64,000 nt of DNA from Raja brachyura (Eukaryota): positions 17,050,001 through 17,114,000 of the forward strand of contig OY740814.1 of assembly GCA_963514005.1 (NCBI GenBank), given 5' to 3'. Below the pieces are notes generated by a model that saw nothing but the letters and a program-made list of their open reading frames with translations, was not told where the DNA came from and made no database searches. How positions within the stretch are numbered: position 1 is the first letter of the stretch; the number at the start of each line of letters is the position of its first letter. The position numbers were made by a program, and so were the translations under genes. This document shows, in pieces, positions 60,850 to 64,000 of this stretch.

Positions 60850-61830
60850 TCCTCCCCCATCCCCTCTCTCCCCCTCCTCCTCCTCCCGCCCCTCTCCCTT
60901 CCTCCCTTCCCCTTCCCCCTTCCCCCCTCCTCTCTTCCTCCCTCTTCCTCCTTCCTCCCGTCCCCTTCCCCATCCCCCCTTCCCCCTCCCCCTTCCCCCT
61001 TCGCCTCCCCTCTTCCCCTTCCCGTATTCCCCTTCCCCTTTCCACCTCCTCTCTTCCCCCTCTTCCTCCCGTCCCCTTCCCCCTCCCCTCTTCCCCTCCC
61101 CCTCCCCCTCCCCTCTTCCCCCCGTCCCCTCTTCCCCTCCCCTCTTCCCCTCCCCTCTTCCCCCCGTCCCCTCTTCCCCTCCCCTCTTCCCCTCCCCTCT
61201 TCCCCTCCCCTCTTCCCCCTCCCCTCTTCCCCTCCCCTCTTCCCCTCCCCTCTTCNNNNNNNNNNNNNNNNNNNNNNNNNNNNNNNNNNNNNNNNNNNNN
61301 NNNNNNNNNNNNNNNNNNNNNNNNNNNNNNNNNNNNNNNNNNNNNNNNNNNNNNNNNNNNNNNNNNNNNNNNNNNNNNNNNNNNNNNNNNNNNNNNNNNN
61401 NNNNNNNNNNNNNNNNNNNNNNNNNNNNNNNNNNNNNNNNNNNNNNNNNNNNNNNNNNNNNNNNNNNNNNNNNNNNNNNNNNNNNNNNNNNNNNNNNNNN
61501 NNNNNNNNNNNNNNNNNNNNNNNNNNNNNNNNNNNNNNNNNNNNNNNNNNNNNNNNNNNNNNNNNNNNNNNNNNNNNNNNNNNNNNNNNNNNNNNNNNNN
61601 NNNNNNNNNNNNNNNNNNNNNNNNNNNNNNNNNNNNNNNNNNNNNNNNNNNNNNNNNNNNNNNNNNNNNNNNNNNNNNNNNNNNNNNCTCCCCGCCCCTC
61701 CCCCCTTCTCCTCCCCCCTCCCATCTCCCTCCTCCCCCCTTACCCCCTCCTTCCCCCCCTTACCCCTCGCCCCATCCCCCTTCCCCCTCCTCGCTCCCCC
61801 ACCTCCACCCTTCACCCCTCCTCCCCTTCA
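60850..61830. repeat. polypyrimidine/polypurine low-complexity tract (CCCCT/CTTCC) with an assembly gap
   Basis: Almost pure C/T on + strand; N run at 61256-61687. Confidence 0.95.
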
Positions 61831-63344
61831 AGTCCCACTCCCGAGATTAAACCATGAAAGGGATATGGAAGTGTGTAGGAAGGAACTGCAGATGCTAGTT
61901 TACACTGAAGATAGACACAAAATGCTGGAGTAACTCAGCGGGTAGGCAGCATCTCTGGGGAGAAGAAATGGGTGACATTTTGGGTCAAAATCATTTTTCA
62001 GTCTGCTTATTACAGGGCATGTGTACTCCCAATCCATGGATGTCAGACTATCCGAATGTGAGCGATCGTGGGCCAGGGTTTCATGGGAACTAGTGACGAT
62101 ATTGCAGTTTGTGATGGTAGACATCCAAGTTAGGCACAGAAAGTTAGATGTGGTTCAGATATGACTCGGCAAGACCTGCCCAAAAGAGGTTGTATGGTCA
62201 AGGCAAAGAATTTAGAGCAATTGCTTGAAGACCTGTCATACAGAAAAATCACTCCAGCGTCTGAGTGTGTCACAAAACACCTGGAGTGGACCATGCCTTG
62301 GTGACCATAGCAGTGAAAAGGTCTAAATCTGGACATCTGAGATGTCTGGAGACACAAGAGACTTACAGATATCAATTGGCCAGTCTCTCTCTACCTGGGT
62401 AAGGAGATGTTGACATCTGCCAAGATATCGCTTTCCATAATCTCTGGAATTCTCCACCCTGGAAGGCTGTGAAGTCTAAATCATTGGGGTATTCAAAGAG
62501 AAGGTAGATAAATATTTGGAAGCTGAGGGAATTGAGAGCTGGTCCGGAAGAGCAGATGAGCCATGGACAGATCAGCCATGATCAAAGTGAATGGTAGGCT
62601 AGGCTAGAAGGACTGAATAGCCTATTCCTGCTCATTTTTTTCCTTATCCTCTTAAGTTAATTTGATGTCTTTATTTAAGTTAATTCTAATTTAAAATTTA
62701 TGGCTGTAGCCCTCCATATAGTTCATGTTCTCGTTCAATGATTTAATCATCCTTACCATTTATCAAGGTGTGCCTAATTAATTCCCTGCTCTGTATTTAT
62801 CTCTGCAACATTTGCATAATTGCTGATTTAAGTTTCTTTCGCTTCTAATTTCATTTCAATGATGTTTCCAGTGCAATTTAATTTATTTCCAAATGACTCA
62901 TTTGCACTTGTCTTGGCTCACTGCTGTCCTCGGGTGGACAACGGTGGTATAGGAATTCCATTCACAAAATTAGAGTGCATTTCACCTGCCTTTCTACCAA
63001 AGATATTTGGTTTCTACTGGTGTTATTGGGGAAACATAGTAGCAATTTGAAAATGCAAACAACAATATAGTAATAATCAGATAAAAACATGAGAAATAAA
63101 AGCATGGAGAAGGCCATTTCCTTCTTGTGTCTGCCCCCTCATTTAATATGATGAAAATTAATAAACTGCAAATGCTGATAATTTGGGGGGGAAAAAAGAA
63201 AATGCTGGAAACACTCAGCAGGTCAGGCAGCAAGAGAGGAACATTTTATACCTGCGTTCGTTCATCATGCTTTCTCTTTTTGCTCAGTTCCATTTTTTTG
63301 CCCAAACCTCTAATTTCTTGATTTATTGATATCTAAAAGTTGAT

Positions 63345-63590
63345 ACAATTGCTGGAGTAACTCGGAGGGTTAGGGAGCATCACTGGAGAACATGGATAGG
63401 TAATGTTTCAGGTCGGAACCCTTCTTCAGACCGAAGAAGTGTCCCGACCCCAAAACATCACCTGTCAATCAGTCTGAAGAAGGTTCCCAACCTGAACCCT
63501 CACCTATAAATCAGTCTGAAGAAGGGTGAAACATCACCTGTCAATGTTCACCAGAGATGCTGCCTCACCCGCTGAGTTACTCCAGAATCC
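63345..63590. mobile_element. head-to-head Penelope terminal repeats with tandem hammerhead-like cores
   Basis: One inverted copy followed by three degenerate (CT)GAAGAAG...AAACATCACC units. Confidence 0.6.
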
Positions 63591-63704
63591 ACAGTTCCTT
63601 GTTTCTACTTCTAAGATCTAAAAATCAATATATCTCTCAAATATACTCAGTGATTGAGCCTTCACAGTCCTTTAGGGTAAATAATTACAAAGATCTACTA
63701 CCCT

Positions 63705-64000
63705 TAGAGAGTCATAGGGTGATACAGCGTGGAAACAGGCCCTTTGACCCAACTCGCCCACACCGGCCAACAATGTCCCAGCTACCCTAGTTCCACTTCC
63801 CTGCGTTTGGTCCATAACCCTCCAAATCTGTCTTATCCATGTACCTGTCCAACTGTTTCTTAAAAAATGGGATAGTCCCAGCCTCAACTACCTCCTCTGG
63901 AAGCTTGTTCCATACACCCACCTCCCTCTGTGTGAAAAAGTTACTCCTTGGGCAGAGATATTTCTTCTCACCTCTGAATGGCCGACCTCTTATTTTGAGC
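63705..64000 (-). mobile_element. CR1 LINE 3' tail
   Basis: Reverse strand reads FFTQREVGVWNKLPEEVVEAGTI plus 3' UTR. Confidence 0.7.

Noticed and set aside
60672-61933. Long 320-390 aa ORFs on both strands
   Set aside because: They are translations of a C/T low-complexity tract and an N gap, not proteins

Overview
This is eukaryotic genomic DNA from a vertebrate; the repeat content points to a cartilaginous fish, probably a skate or ray. The dominant feature is a complete minus-strand KIF23 (MKLP1/CHO1, kinesin-6) gene. I reconstructed 24 coding exons by hand between 60621 and 26074, all with GT-AG boundaries and continuous phase, giving 2943 nt and about 980 aa. The gene includes the 42-nt motor-domain cassette exon and the 294-nt CHO1 cassette exon, a CpG-island promoter with CDE/CHR and four CCAAT boxes, and a 3' UTR of about 0.8 kb. 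Bases 1-25,000 contain no recognisable protein gene and are mostly Penelope-like, CR1, Rex/Babar, SINE and MITE repeats. The most notable signals are: (1) many hammerhead-ribozyme-like cores (CTGAnGA-A-stem-loop-GAAAC-GTH) in Penelope-derived terminal repeats; (2) a candidate poison microexon and a candidate in-frame 33-nt microexon in KIF23; (3) a (CT)n-associated distant branch point; (4) a 67-bp near-perfect inverted repeat in intron 1; (5) a locally templated ~570-bp duplication flanked by a 10-bp direct repeat; (6) possible spliced non-coding exons downstream of KIF23. Most ORFs in the supplied track are spurious or are transposon fragments. No database search was run.
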